DNA of 64,000 nt from Mobula hypostoma (Eukaryota), in contig NC_086098.1 in the NCBI RefSeq assembly GCF_963921235.1, forward strand, positions 191,456,001 to 191,520,000. The letters run 5' to 3'. Every line of letters begins with the position of its first letter. Within the stretch, counting starts at the first letter, position 1. The notes beneath the pieces were generated by a model that saw nothing but the letters and a program-made list of their open reading frames with translations, made no database searches and was not told where the DNA came from. Below, piece by piece: positions 48,401 to 60,794 of the stretch. Position numbers and translations under genes: made by a program.

Positions 48401-50314
48401 TGTTTTACGAGCTTAACATCTTTGTATATCTTGAAATGAAGAGAAAGGTTTATAGGACCATTTTGTTTGTAATAGTATTTATCCCAAAAGGACAAATAAG
48501 TGGCATTGGTTACAAATGTGGAGGAGTCATTGCTATAATTGGTCAAAGGTAATACCAAAAAAATCTTAATTTACTGTCAGGTGTATTTCATTGAAGACCT
48601 ACTCAATGGCCATTCTGGGACGCCAGTGTTTTAACAGTCTTTGTATGATGGTATAACAATTTACCTGCATGTTTTTGCTTGCAATGTCCAGAATACTGAA
48701 ACCCTGTCATCTCCTTGAAACAACATTGAACTCAACAATATGGACAATATGGAGAGCTGTTGTTAAAATAACTTCCAAAATCTGTCAATTTGTGGTAAAT
48801 TATTTAAACAGAAAGGGGCTTGTTTACAGAAACAAGTTAAAACTAATTTAACAGCTTAGTGTAAGTTCAAAAAGCATTGTGACATAACATTGTTATGTAT
48901 TAATTGTTGTATTCTCTGTGAAATTTGTGGTTAATGTTATTTTGATGTCTTGGAGAAAACATCAAATAAGCATTCTTTAAAAAGGAAAGATAACTTTTAA
49001 TCCACATATTTTGGAATAGAATTTGAAGATGATTGCTTTGTAGCCATTGATAATTTTGGTCACAAAGAGAATGCTAAAGTCAAGGAGTTCACAGTGCAAA
49101 ACTTATGTAATGTGTTTTCTTAATAAAATTATTTCTGTTGAAAAGCTGTTTTACAATGACTCTTAAAATTAAAAGTGCATTTTTCCCTCTACTATACATA
49201 TTTCCAGAGCATGTTCTATCAGCCAAATTTTGTACATTCCTGGTTGCAGTCTCAATAATATAAATGTAGTACCAACATTTAAACCCATCTTAGTGTAGTT
49301 TGGTTTTGATAAATATAATTTTAATAAATACACTATTTAAATAACATTCTCTCTGAAAATCTAAATATTCTCACTGTACTGTCAGGACCATTTTGGATGC
49401 ACGGTTTGTATCTAATATCAAACACAACCCATTGCTTCTTTTACCACAGTTCACTAATTCAGGAGGCAATAAAGCCTAGAAATTTAATACCAAAATCATT
49501 GAGAAATATGCCCAGTTGCCTTTTCGTTCCCTAGCCCTTGTCCCTGATTCTTTTACTTACTATTTGCAACCAATTAAATAAATATAATTGCAGAAATAAC
49601 CCCAATTTTGTGTAATTGAAATTGGTTACTTGCTTCTACCAACCTTAACCAATCAACTTGTGCCATCCAGGGATGTGGAACAAGACCCTTAGTGCATTAT
49701 TTAAAATCTGTGATAGAATCAAAAGATGACACACGCTTCCTTATAAAATGGTGCCCCTATAAACGGATCTTGTGATTTGCAATGGAGGGTGCCATGAAAC
49801 TGAACTGCTTCGAGGATTTGAATAAAAGCACATTTTTTAAAATGAAGAACGCTAGTGTGTTGAGGATGATGCAATTACTGCTGCTGTTGGTAAAAGGAGC
49901 TTTACAACAAAGGGATTATTTCATGCAGCCCAATCAACAAATGCAGGGCTTCAGCACATTTCTGAAAATGATCCAAAGTGGCCTTCAACTCAGAAATAGA
50001 AATGAAGGCAAAGATACAGCTGACTCCTCGGGAAATGAACTCATCCAGATGAGGTCACTCAAGCAACCCACAAACTGACTCTTCTAAATAGTCCCGTGTT
50101 TCTTCCTGTTCTTTTGGCATTGTAAGTGGTGCATTCAAATTGTATTAACCATTTACTAACAGAATAACTTTAAGAGCTAGGATGAAATGCTGACTTAAGC
50201 TAGTGTCTGACATACATCCCAGTTAATCAGCAGACAGATTTGTGGTTTCCTGAAAGAACATTTTTTGCTGCCTTGTTCTCCTTTTGTATTTAAATAAGTA
50301 TCAGCGATGAAAGA

Positions 50315-52190
50315 ACTGGAAATCTTTGAGGAAGTAGCAGGCTGGATAGACAAAGGAGAGTCTGTGTATGTTGTTTACTTGAATTTTAAGAAGGCCTTTG
50401 ACAAGGTGTCACATATGAGGTCGCTAAACGAGGTAAAACCACAAGACATAGGAGCAGTATTGGGCCATTCGGCTCATTGAGTTGCTCTGGTATTCCATCA
50501 TATCTATCTTTCTATCTTTTTCCCTTTCTACCCTTCCTATCTTTATAATTCAGAACCTAACCAACTTCTTCCTTAACTATATGCAATGATTTGGCCTCCG
50601 CAGCTGCTTGTGGCAATGAATTTGAGAGATTCGCCACCCTGTGGAGTCTCCCACAATAGGAATCATCCTCTCCACATCCATGCTATCTTGGACATTTCAA
50701 TACTCGGACCTCCCCATTCTTGCAAACTCCAACAAGTACAGGCCCAGAGCCATCAAATGCTTCCAATAGGTTAACCCTTTACTTCCCAGAATCATTCTCA
50801 TGAACCTCCTCTGGTAAGATTCAGATTTATTTATTACATGTACATGAAAACTTACAGTGGTATTACAGGATGGATGGAAGACTGGCTGACTGCCAGAGGG
50901 CAAAGAGTGGGAATAAAGGGGGCCTTTTCTGGTTGGCCACTGGTGTTCCACAGGGGTCATTGTCAAGACCACTTCTTTTCATGTTATATGTTGATGATCT
51001 GAATGACAAAATTGATGCCTTTGTGGCCAGGTTTGTGGATGATACAAAGATAGGTGGTGTTGAGGAAGAGTGAGTTTGCAGAAGGAGATGGACAGGTTAG
51101 GAGAATGGCAAAGAAGTGGCCGATGGAATGAAGTTTAGGGAAGTATATGGTCATGCACTTTAGTAGAAGGAATAAAGGCATAGACTGCTTTTTGAATGGT
51201 GAGTGAATTTGGAAATCGGAAGTGCAGAGGGGCTTGTTTTAGTCCCTTTAACTTGCAGGATGAGTTGGTAGTAAGGAAGGCTTTTATTTTCAAGAGTATT
51301 AGATTGTAAAAGCAAAGATACAATACTGAGGTTTTATAGAACATTTGTCAGACCACATTTGGAGTATTGTGAGCAGTTTTGGACTGCACATCTAAGACAG
51401 GATGTGCTATCATTGGAAGAGGCCCAGAGGAGGTTTACACGAATGATCTAGGGAATGAAAGGGTTAATAAATGAGCATTTGGTGGTACTGACCCTGTATT
51501 CATTGGAGTTTAGGAGAATGAGGTGGGATCTTATTGAAACATACCAAATAATAGAAGGCTTAGATAGTGTGGTCGTGCAAAGGATGTTCCCAATAGTGGG
51601 AGAGTCTCGGACCAGAGGGCCCAGCCCCAGAATAGCAAGATGTCCCTTTAGAACAGAGGAGAGAAGGAATTTCTTTAGCCAGAGGGTGATGAATCTTTGG
51701 AGGTTATTGCCACAGATGGCTGTAGAGGACAAGTTACTGGATATATTTAAGGCAGAGATTGATAGGTACTTAATTTTTACTCTTTATTTTATTGAGATAC
51801 AGTGTAAAATAGGCCCTTCCAGCTACTTGAGCCACACCACCTAGCAACCACTGATCTAATCCTAATCATGGGAAAATTTACAATGACCAATTAACCTACC
51901 AATGGATACATCATTGGACTGTGAGAGGAAACCAGAGTACCCGGAGGAAACCCATGCAGTCACAGGGAGAAAATACAAATTCCTTGCGGGCAGTGGCAGG
52001 AATTGAACCCAGGTCGCCTGCACTGTAAAGTGTTGTGCTAAACACTATGCTACCATGCTGCCCTTGTAATGGTTTCAACAGCTATAAGGAGGAGGCATGA
52101 GAATGGAGCTGAGAGAGAAAATAAATCTGCCATGATTGAACACAAGTGGAACAGACTCAATGGGCTGAATGGCCTAATTCTCCTCCTGTG
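50315..52190 (+). mobile_element. Cluster of nested CR1 fragments (+ 50315-50435 and 50870-52190; - 50440-50815) with a minus-strand SINE at ~51775-52045
   Basis: KAFDKV, TGVPQGS, FVDDTKIGG, LYSLEFRRMR.DLIETY and NFFSQRV motifs; SINE with GGAATTGAACCCAGGTC. Confidence 0.8.
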
Positions 52191-52817
52191 TCCTAACTCA
52201 GTTATAAATAGCTGATAGTTTGAGCACTAAATTAGGGAATTAGGGTTTATATGAAAAATCATCATAAAGAAACTTCACATTTTCAGCTGCGATCCAGGAT
52301 GCAAAATGGCCAAGTAAGGTAACTCTAAAAATAGCTGGGTAAAATTTCCCAATTTAGACCACTTTGTTGTATAGAGCTTGAAATTGTGTCTTTATATAGA
52401 AATAGACATTGAAATTTCTTTTCCACTCAGAATTCAGAAGTCACTATTAAATGCAAATCAGCGAAGAACAAGATATTGTGTGAAAAGACCTCAGCAATTT
52501 AAGCTTTCTATGTGCAATTATACTATTACTGTGTTCCTGAACACAGTTTTGCATAACAACTACATTCAGATAAGTCAACTGAATTTAAAAGCAGAAAAAC
52601 AGTCAGGAAGATTTATTATACAAAGAAAACAGTAGTTGGGTGTAGCAAATCTGAAGCTTATTTTGGAATTGATTTCAAATGCCTAAGGTTCAAGCACTGG
52701 AAATTGGCAATACAAGACTAGTGGAAATATTTTATAAGCAATAGAAGCAGAAAGAGGACCTTCATCGGCTCATGCCTGCTCCATTGTTCAATAACACTGC
52801 TACACTGTTCACTGTTC

Positions 52818-53135
52818 TGGGCAACGGTAGCATAGTGGTTATTATTACGCTATTACAACAGCAGCAGACGAGTTCAATTCTTGCCTCTGTCTGTAAGAAT
52901 TTTATACGGTGTCCCCGTGACCCTCATGGGTTTCTTCTGGGTGCTCTGGTTTCCTTCCAAACTCCTATGATGTATGGGTTAGGTTTAGTACGTTGTGGGC
53001 ATGCTATGTTGCATTGAAACATGGCAAAACTCGCAGACTGCCCCCAGCACATCTCGGAATGTGTTGGTCATTGTCGTAAATGGTGCACTTCACAGTATGT
53101 TTCAATGTACGCATGACAAACAAAGCTGATATTTT
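52818..53135 (+). mobile_element. HE1/V-SINE-type SINE (another at ~54620-54840) inside an old minus-strand CR1 (~52735-53560)
   Basis: GGTAGCATAGTGGTTA A-box, GAGTTCAATTC B-box and V-domain-like core. Confidence 0.7.
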
Positions 53136-53589
53136 CAATAAGATCACTGGAGACGTTTTCTCTCAATGCCATTTTTCTTGCTCTTACAGAAATCTTTTTA
53201 CTATTTAAAAATCCATCAATCTCTGTCCTGAATGTGTTCAGCAACTGAGCTTTCAGTCTTTCTGCCCAGTGAATTCCAAAGATATGTTACCTCACTTAAG
53301 AAATTTATTCCCATATGTTCTGAATGGCAGACCTCTCATTTTGTGACTAATTCTAGAATATTTCATTCTCAGTATCACAGACAAAGGAAACAACTCCACA
53401 TCTACACTGTCAGGTCTTAAGAATTTTGTGCATTTCAATGATCTCCACACCTTAAGTACAAACCTAGTTTGATTAATCTTCCATATAACAAATCCATCAT
53501 CCCAGGAATCAAAATGATGGCCCTTTATTGCACTGCCTCTCTCTTTCAGGGTCATTTGTAACTGGAACACAATGTCTCTTCTGTAGTCA

Positions 53590-54062
53590 CAACAGATGGC
53601 AGATGCTGGAATCTAAAACAGCAAACAAAAATCTGGAGGAACTCAGATAATCCAACACCATCCATGGAGGGAGATAGCAATGTTTTAAATTGAAACCCTT
53701 TATCTGGACTGAAAGAGGTGAGATTATATGGAAAGATGGAGCTTTTGCTCTGTCAAGTGAAAACATGGGTCCAGGTGAGGAAGGACAATAGAGAGATGAG
53801 TGGAAAAAGTGACAAAGGTTGGGACATGATAGGTAGAGGCGATAAAAAGCTGCAGAAGATGGAATCAAATAAAGAGATGGGGCGGGCAGGTGGAGGATGG
53901 AAAAGAAACAGCACAATGGGAGTGCTGGGGCATGTGTTTGAGGAACAAGGTACATGAGAAAAGGCTCAGAGAAGGTGCAGTCTTGATGAAAGGTCTCAAT
54001 CCAAAGTGTCTAATGTCCATTTTCCTCCACAAATACTTTCTAACCCGATGAGTTCCTCAAAT
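53590..54062. mobile_element. Penelope pseudo-LTR relic in inverted configuration
   Basis: Left arm GCAGATGCTGGAATCT...GGAGGAACTCAG (minus copy) and right arm AGTCTTGATGAAAGGTCTC...GAGTTCCTC (plus copy). Confidence 0.6.
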
Positions 54063-54907
54063 CCTCAGGCGCTAAAGGCCAATGCACAATTTGCCTTCAG
54101 AATTCCTTGTTGATCCTGCACATTAACTTCCATTAAACATAGGAGCAGAATTAGGCCATTCAGGCTATCAATCCTGTTCTGCCATTCCATCATGGGTGAC
54201 GTACTATCCATCTCAATCCCATTCTCCTGCTCTGATGCAATGTATAAAATGACACTAAGTTTCCTGTGAAAACCCAACACATTTCAGTGTTCCACCATTT
54301 CTACAAAAGTGATCTCACATTCTTCCACATTATATCCCACGTCATGCCTTTGCCCATTCACCTCTGTCAATATCCCTCAATGCCTCTCCACATCCTTCTC
54401 ACAGCCAATACTGCCACCTGGTGTTGTGCCATTATCACTGAGATAAACTTGCGGGTGGGTAATTGTAGGTACCATTCTACATTAAAAGAACATATGGCGT
54501 CATAATTCAAAATTTAGCTGTAGAAATTCAACTGAAAGCTGCCAACCCTCAGATTCTGGGGCATGGACGGCAATGTAAAGGGATGGAGTGGAGTGGATAA
54601 TTGAAGAGTGCATGATGTGGATGGTACAGTAACACAGTGGTTAATGTAACACCATTACATCAGCAGCAAGCTGGGTTCAATTCCTACCTGTGATGAGTTT
54701 GTATGTTCTCCCCACGACCATGCTCCAGTTTCATCCTACACTTCAAAGACGTAGGTTAATTGGACACATAGGTATAACTGGGTGGTGCTGGCTCATGGTC
54801 CATAAAGGCTTGTTATGATGCTGTATCTCTAAATAAAAATGAGTAAAAACATTTAAAAATGAGTGCTAACACTTTCATAGCCTTGAAGCATTGGGGATTA
54901 CATGTGA

Positions 54908-55024
54908 TTAGCTCGCAGAGGATTGAACTTTGGAAGAGCTAAGGAAGACGTTGCTTGAACTTGCTGGACCTTGTTTCACGGAGTATTCTTCGAAAGAGGG
55001 CCTCAGAGGTGTCAAGTTTCTAGT
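54908..55024 (-). CDS. Tentative terminal coding exon of an unidentified minus-strand gene
   Basis: Strong acceptor tctgtgtttttcattgtgcag|, then one open frame TRNLTPLRPSFEEYSVKQGPASSSNVFLSSSKVQSSAS*. Not TE-like; no homolog recognised. Confidence 0.3.
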   Translation of the reverse strand, partial: TRNLTPLRPSFEEYSVKQGPASSSNVFLSSSKVQSSAS

Positions 55025-55680
55025 CTGCACAATGAAAAACACAGACGCAGCATCCATTTCAGAAAGAGGATATGCAATTCAAGAAAAATGTGTCCTCTAC
55101 CAATTTTGTGTAAAACTCCACACAGGCCAGTGCAATTCCACCACCAGCCACCATTTGAGAGAGCTGATGTCAGAATCATCAAACATCCCTGTAGGCTTTC
55201 TAAGATGTTACAATTAGGCATGCTACCTAGTTAGATCAAGCCAAGAGAGCTTCTCTATACATTCAATCACAGCTGATCCAAATTGGTCCCAAATTTGAAA
55301 ACCCAAAATGTTAGCTAACTGTACCCCCAATCTGTCGGTTCATTTTCTCACAAATCCTTATCAGTTAGAAGACAATAACTGGACACTCCACAGAATCACA
55401 GATAAGAACTGGGATTTATTCAATTTAGCTAAATCCTTTGGATGATCTTTGGTGCTTTATGAGATACTACAAATAACCTGGGAATTGTGAAAACTGTAAA
55501 ACTGAGCTTAATGACCCTGACCTTCCAAAAGGAAAATTGAGGCAGCACATTCTGCTCCTGAAAAGCTCCAGGTATGCGGATTAAGAATTTGATTGGGTTT
55601 AAAACTTGAGCTGCAAAGCTAATAGTCACCAATGGTCTCATTAAGTTTTACACATCCCAAGTAACATTTATGGTGAAAAT

Positions 55681-58600
55681 AGGATGAGAGGTGACCTGAT
55701 AGAGATGTACAAGATGATGAGAGGCATTGATCGTGTGGATGGTAGCTTGCCTCCCAGGTGCCAGGGTCCTGGATGTTTCTGATCATGTCCACAATATCCT
55801 GAAGTGGGAAGGAGAACAGCCAGAGGTTAATTTTACATATTGGTACCAACAACATAGGTTGGAAAAGGGAGGAAGTCCTGAAAACAGACTACAGGGAGTT
55901 AGGAAGGAAGCTGAGAAGCAGGACTTCAAAGGTAGTCATCTCAGGATTACTGCCTATGCCACGTGTCAGTGAGTATCGGAATAGAATGAGGTGCAGGATA
56001 AATGTATGGCTGAGGGATTGGAGCGGGGGCAGGAATTCAGATTTCTTGATCATTGGGACCTCTTTTGAAGCAGGTGGGACCTGTACAAAAAGGACGGGTT
56101 GTACTTGAATCCAAGGGGGACCAATATCCTGGCGGGGAGGTTTGCTATGGCTATTAGGGAGAGTTTAAACTAGAATTGCTGGGGGGTGGGAACTGAACTG
56201 AAGAGGCGGTTGGCTCACAAAGCGAGAAAGCTTGGAGACAGTGCGAGAGGGAGGATAGGCAAATGATAGAGAAGGGACATGCTCAGACCAATGGTTTGAG
56301 ATGTGTCTATTGTAATGCAAAGAGTACTATGAACAAAGCAGATGAGCTTAAAGCGTGGATCAATACTTGGAGCTATGATGTTGTGGCCATTACAAAGACT
56401 TGGATGGCTCAGGGGCAGGGATGGTTACTTCGAGTGCTAGGCTTTAGATGTTTCAGAAAGGACAGGGAGGGAGGCAAAAGTGGTGGGAGCGTGCAACTGT
56501 TGATCAGAGATAGTGTCATGGCTGCAGAAAAGGAGGAAGTCATGGAGGGATTGTCTACTGAGTCTCTGTGATTGGAAGTTAGGAACAGGAAAAGGTCAAT
56601 AACTCTACTGGGTGTTTTTTATAGACCTCCCAATAGTAACAGGGACATCGAGGAGCAGATAGGGAGACATATTCTGGAAAGGTGTAATAATAACAGGGTT
56701 GTCATGGTGGGTGATTGGAATCTCCCTAGAGCAGGGGGGTTAGATGGGGTGGAGTTTGTTAGGTGTGTTCAGGAAGGTTTCTTGACACAATATGTAGATA
56801 AACCTACAAGAGGAGAGGCTGTATTTGATCTGGTATTGGGAAATTAACCTGGTCAGGTGTCAGGTCTCTCAGTGGGAGAGCATTTTGGAGATAGTGATCA
56901 TAAATCTTTCTCTTTTACTATAGCATTGGAGAGGGATAGGAACAGACAAGTTAGCAAAGCATTTAATTGGAGTAAGGGGAAATATGATGGTATCAGGCAG
57001 GAACTTGGAAGCATAAATTCGGAACAGGTGTTCTCAGGGAAATGTACGGAGGAAATGTGGCAAATATTCAGGGGATATTTGTGCTGAGTTCTGCGTAGGT
57101 ACATTCCAATGAGACAGGGAAAGGATGGTAGGGTACAGGATCCATGGTGTACAAAGGCTGTTGTAAATCTAGACAAGAAGAAAAGAAAAGCTTACGAAAG
57201 GTTCAAAAAAACTAAGTAATGATAGAGATCTAGAAGATTATAAGGCTGGCAGGAAGGAACTTAAGAATGAAATTAGGAGAACCAGAACGGGCCATGAGAA
57301 GGCCTTAGTGGACAGGAGTAAGGAAAATCCCAAGGCATTCTACAAGTATGTGAAGAGCAAGAGGATAAGACATGAGAGAATAGCACCAATCAAATGTGAC
57401 AGTGGAAAAGTGTGTATGGAACTAGAGGATATAGCAGAGGTACTTAATGAGTACTTTGCTTCAGTATTCACTATGGAAAAGGATCTTGGTGATTGTAGGG
57501 TTGACTTACAGCGGACTGAAAAGCTTGAGTGTATAGATATTAAGAAAGAGGATGTGCTGGACCTTTGAGAAAGCATCAAGTTGGATAAGTCACTGGGACC
57601 ACACGAGATGTACTCCAGGCTACTGTGGGAGGCGAGGGAGGAGATTACTGAGACTCTGGCGATGATCTTTGCATCATCAATGGAGAAGGGAAAGGTTCCA
57701 GAGGATTGGAGGGTTGTGGATGTCGTTCCCATATTCAAGAAAGAGAGTAGAGATAGTCCAGGAAATTATAGACCAGTGTGGTCAATGGTTGGTAAATTGA
57801 TGGAGATGATCCTGAGAGACAGGATTTATGAACACTTGGAGAGGCATAATATGACTAGGAATAGTCAGCATGGCTTTGTCAAAAGCAGGTCATGCCTAAC
57901 GAGCCTGATTGAATTTTTTAAGGACGTGACTAACCACATTGATGGAGGTAGAGCAGTAGGCGTAGTGTATATGGATTTCAGCAAGGCATTTGATAAGGTA
58001 CCCCATGCAACGCTTATTGAGAAAATAAGGAAGCATGGGATGCAAGGGGACATTGTTTTGTGGATCCAGAATTAGCTTGCCCACAGAAGGTAAAGAGAGG
58101 TTGTAGACAGGTCATATTTAGTATGGAGGTCGGTGACCAGTTGTGTGCCTCAGGGATTTGTTCTGGGACACCTACACTTCGTGATTTTTATAAATGACCT
58201 GGATGAGGAAATGGAGGGATGGGTTAGTAAATTTGCTGATGACGCAAAAGTTGGGGGTGTTGTGGATAGTGTGGAGGGCTGTCAGAGGTTACAATGGGAC
58301 ATTGATAGGATGCAAAACTGGGCTGAGAAGTGGCAGATGGAGTTCAAACCAAATGAGTGTGAGGTGGTTCATTTTGGTCGGTCAAATACAATGACAGAAA
58401 ATAGTATTAATAATAAGACTCTTGGCAGTGTGGAGGATCAGAGGGATCTCGATGTCCGAGTCCATAGGACACTCAAAGCTACTGCGTAGGTTGACTGTGT
58501 GGTTAAGAATGCATAAGGTGCATTGGCTTTCATCAACCATGGGATTGAGTTCAAGAGCCGAGAGGTAATGTTGCAGCTATATAGGACCCTGGTCAGACCC

Positions 58601-59145
58601 AACTTGGAGTACTGTGCTCAGTTCCGGTCACTTCACTACAGGAAGGATGTGGAAACCACAGAAAGGGTGCAGAGGAGATTTATAAGGATGTTGCCTGGAT
58701 CGGGGGCATGCCTTATGAGAATAGTCTGAGTGAACTCAGCCTTTTCTCCTTGGAGTGATGAAGGATGAGAGGTGACCTGACAGAGGTGTATAAGATGATG
58801 ACAAGCATTGATCATGTGGATAGCCAAAGGCTTTTTCCCCAGGGCTGAAATGGCTAACACAAGAGGGCACAGTTTTAAGATGCTTGGAAGTAGGTACAGA
58901 GGAGATGTCAGGGGTAAGTTTTTTTTTTGGCAGAGAGTGGTGAGTGTGTGGAATAGGAGCTGGCGACGTTGGTGGAGGCAGATATGATAAAGTCTTTTAA
59001 GAGACTCCTGGATAGGTACATGGAGCTTAGAGAAATAAAGGGCTATGGGTAACCCTAGGTAATTTCTAAGGCAAGGACATATTCAGCATAACTTTGTGGG
59101 CTGAAGGGCCTGTATTGTGCTGTAAGTTTTCTCTGTTTCTGTGTT
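55681..59145 (+). mobile_element. Near-full-length degenerate CR1 LINE (ORF1 SGNH-esterase part, APE, RT)
   Basis: CLPGARV.DV (esterase); YCNAKS..NK, YDVVAIT.TW, YRPP, GD.N, SDH (APE); NYRPV, QHGF, MDFSKAFDKVPH, FADD (RT); many stops. Confidence 0.92.
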
Positions 59146-59657
59146 CCTAATTGGGAACTGGCAATTTAAAAAAAATCCGAAATTATTTTCCAGTGTGTTA
59201 AGTTTTGGATCCCAGAAACTTTAGCATAAATTACAGACAGGTGTTTCAGTACAGTAATGCTCCTATTAGATATCTGCAGCCCCTCTTCCATGAACAAGAG
59301 GACACACTTAATCTTCCATTAGTTAAAACTAATAGACAATACCTAGATTAGAGACAAGTTCCCACCTACCAAACGCAGGTGCAAATTTCACTTTTTATGT
59401 ATACTTCCACTTAAAAGCAAAAGCGGTTTTGTGTTTTGCAATAACTATTACTATTCAACATACCACAATTCATGTTATTTATGCATTACATTGATGCATC
59501 ATTATTGGCAGCCATGTAGAAATTACAGTTTATGTGGCTAAGTTTAGCTTGTACCAGTAAATGGGCTAAGGAATTGCTAGTCTTGATTAATCCCAATCCA
59601 TTTGATCCAGACCATGCAGTACAAATTTACCCTTTCAATTATCATGATTCCAGCATC

Positions 59658-60100
59658 TATACTCAGTGCCTACTTTATTAGGTAGACCTGTACACTTGCT
59701 CATTAAAGCAAGTAAAGCAATTATTTGGCAGCAACTCAATGCGTAAAAGAGGTTTAGTTGTTGATCAGACCAAATATCAGAATTGGGAAGAAATGTGATC
59801 TAAGTGACGAGGACCATGTTTGTTGGTGCCAAATGGAGTGGTTTGAGTATCTCATAAACTCATGGGGTTTCCATACACAACAGTCTCTAGAGCTTACAGA
59901 AAATGGTGCAAAAACAGCAAGTGAGCAGCAGTTTGCTAATGGTCAGAGGAGAATAGTCAAACTGATTTAAGCTGAGAGGAAAGTTACAGTAACTCAGATA
60001 ACCACACATTACAACAGAAGACCAAAGTCTGAATGCATAACACATCAAACCTTGAAGCAAGTGGGCCGCAGAAGACCACAAACATACTCTCATTGAGTGA
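59658..60100 (+). mobile_element. Tc1-family non-autonomous transposon (third copy)
   Basis: TATACTCAGTG.C.ACTTTATTAGGTA TIR; RPNIRIGKKCDLSD coding remnant. Confidence 0.8.
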
Positions 60101-60312
60101 TTTACCACTCATCTAATGTCATTTGCCTCATCACTTAACAAGGAGCCTAAACTTAGCAAGAGTCCTGTGCCTGTGCATATTGGCATATACAGCACAAGGT
60201 TAGTCTGGAATTCTAAAATATATATAAATAAAAACACATTAATGTAGTTGGAAAACTGAATAAAATGAGTGGGAAAATACTAGACGATACAAATGAGGTA
60301 TCAAAACAGCTT

Positions 60313-60317
60313 TGTGT

Positions 60318-60360
<43 letters not shown>

Positions 60361-60372
60361 GGGGGGGGGGGT
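60313..60372. repeat. (TG)n microsatellite followed by poly-G
   Basis: About 19 uninterrupted TG units from 60321, then a G run at ~60358-60371. Confidence 0.95.
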
Positions 60373-60794
60373 GTGCAGTACATTAATCATTATCTCTGCT
60401 CCTGTTTGACCACACACAAGTCACCATTCACGCCCTGCAGGGTGGCCCTCTGAGCCCCGCTCCACATCCAGACTGGGTGGGGCTGTCCACAGCAAGGCCA
60501 AACAGCGAGTACGCAGCGGGAGACTGCTTCTGTTTGCCTGCCACTGACCCCTGTGTGTTATATTACTTATAAAACGTGACGTGAAGGCTGCAGTTACTGC
60601 AGTGGGGTTATCTGCCTGAAATGGCTAAACTGCAGACAAGCAAGAATGCATGAAGTCCACCACTGCAAAACTGCCTACCATTGCAACTTTCATTAAATCC
60701 CTGATACTTATAAAAGTTCAATTCACTTTTCTTGATAGTATAGTGACATTTCAAAGTTAAATTTGTTATCAAAGTACATATATGTCACCATCAT

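Larger units (their letters stand above)
41840..49150 (+). other. Putative long 3' UTR of SOGA1/MTCL2
   Basis: Follows the stop codon. The distal part (~47100-49330) is AT-rich and apparently TE-free, with TGTA motifs and AATAAA at 48093, 49122 and 49323. The end point is inferred. Confidence 0.45.

Noticed and set aside
49782-50078. 98-aa plus-strand ORF after the putative poly(A) region
   Set aside because: No recognisable motif or splice context; length is compatible with chance.
54930-55234. Plus-strand ORFs of 87-95 aa
   Set aside because: Non-ATG starts and no recognisable homology; the minus-strand exon reading has better splice support.
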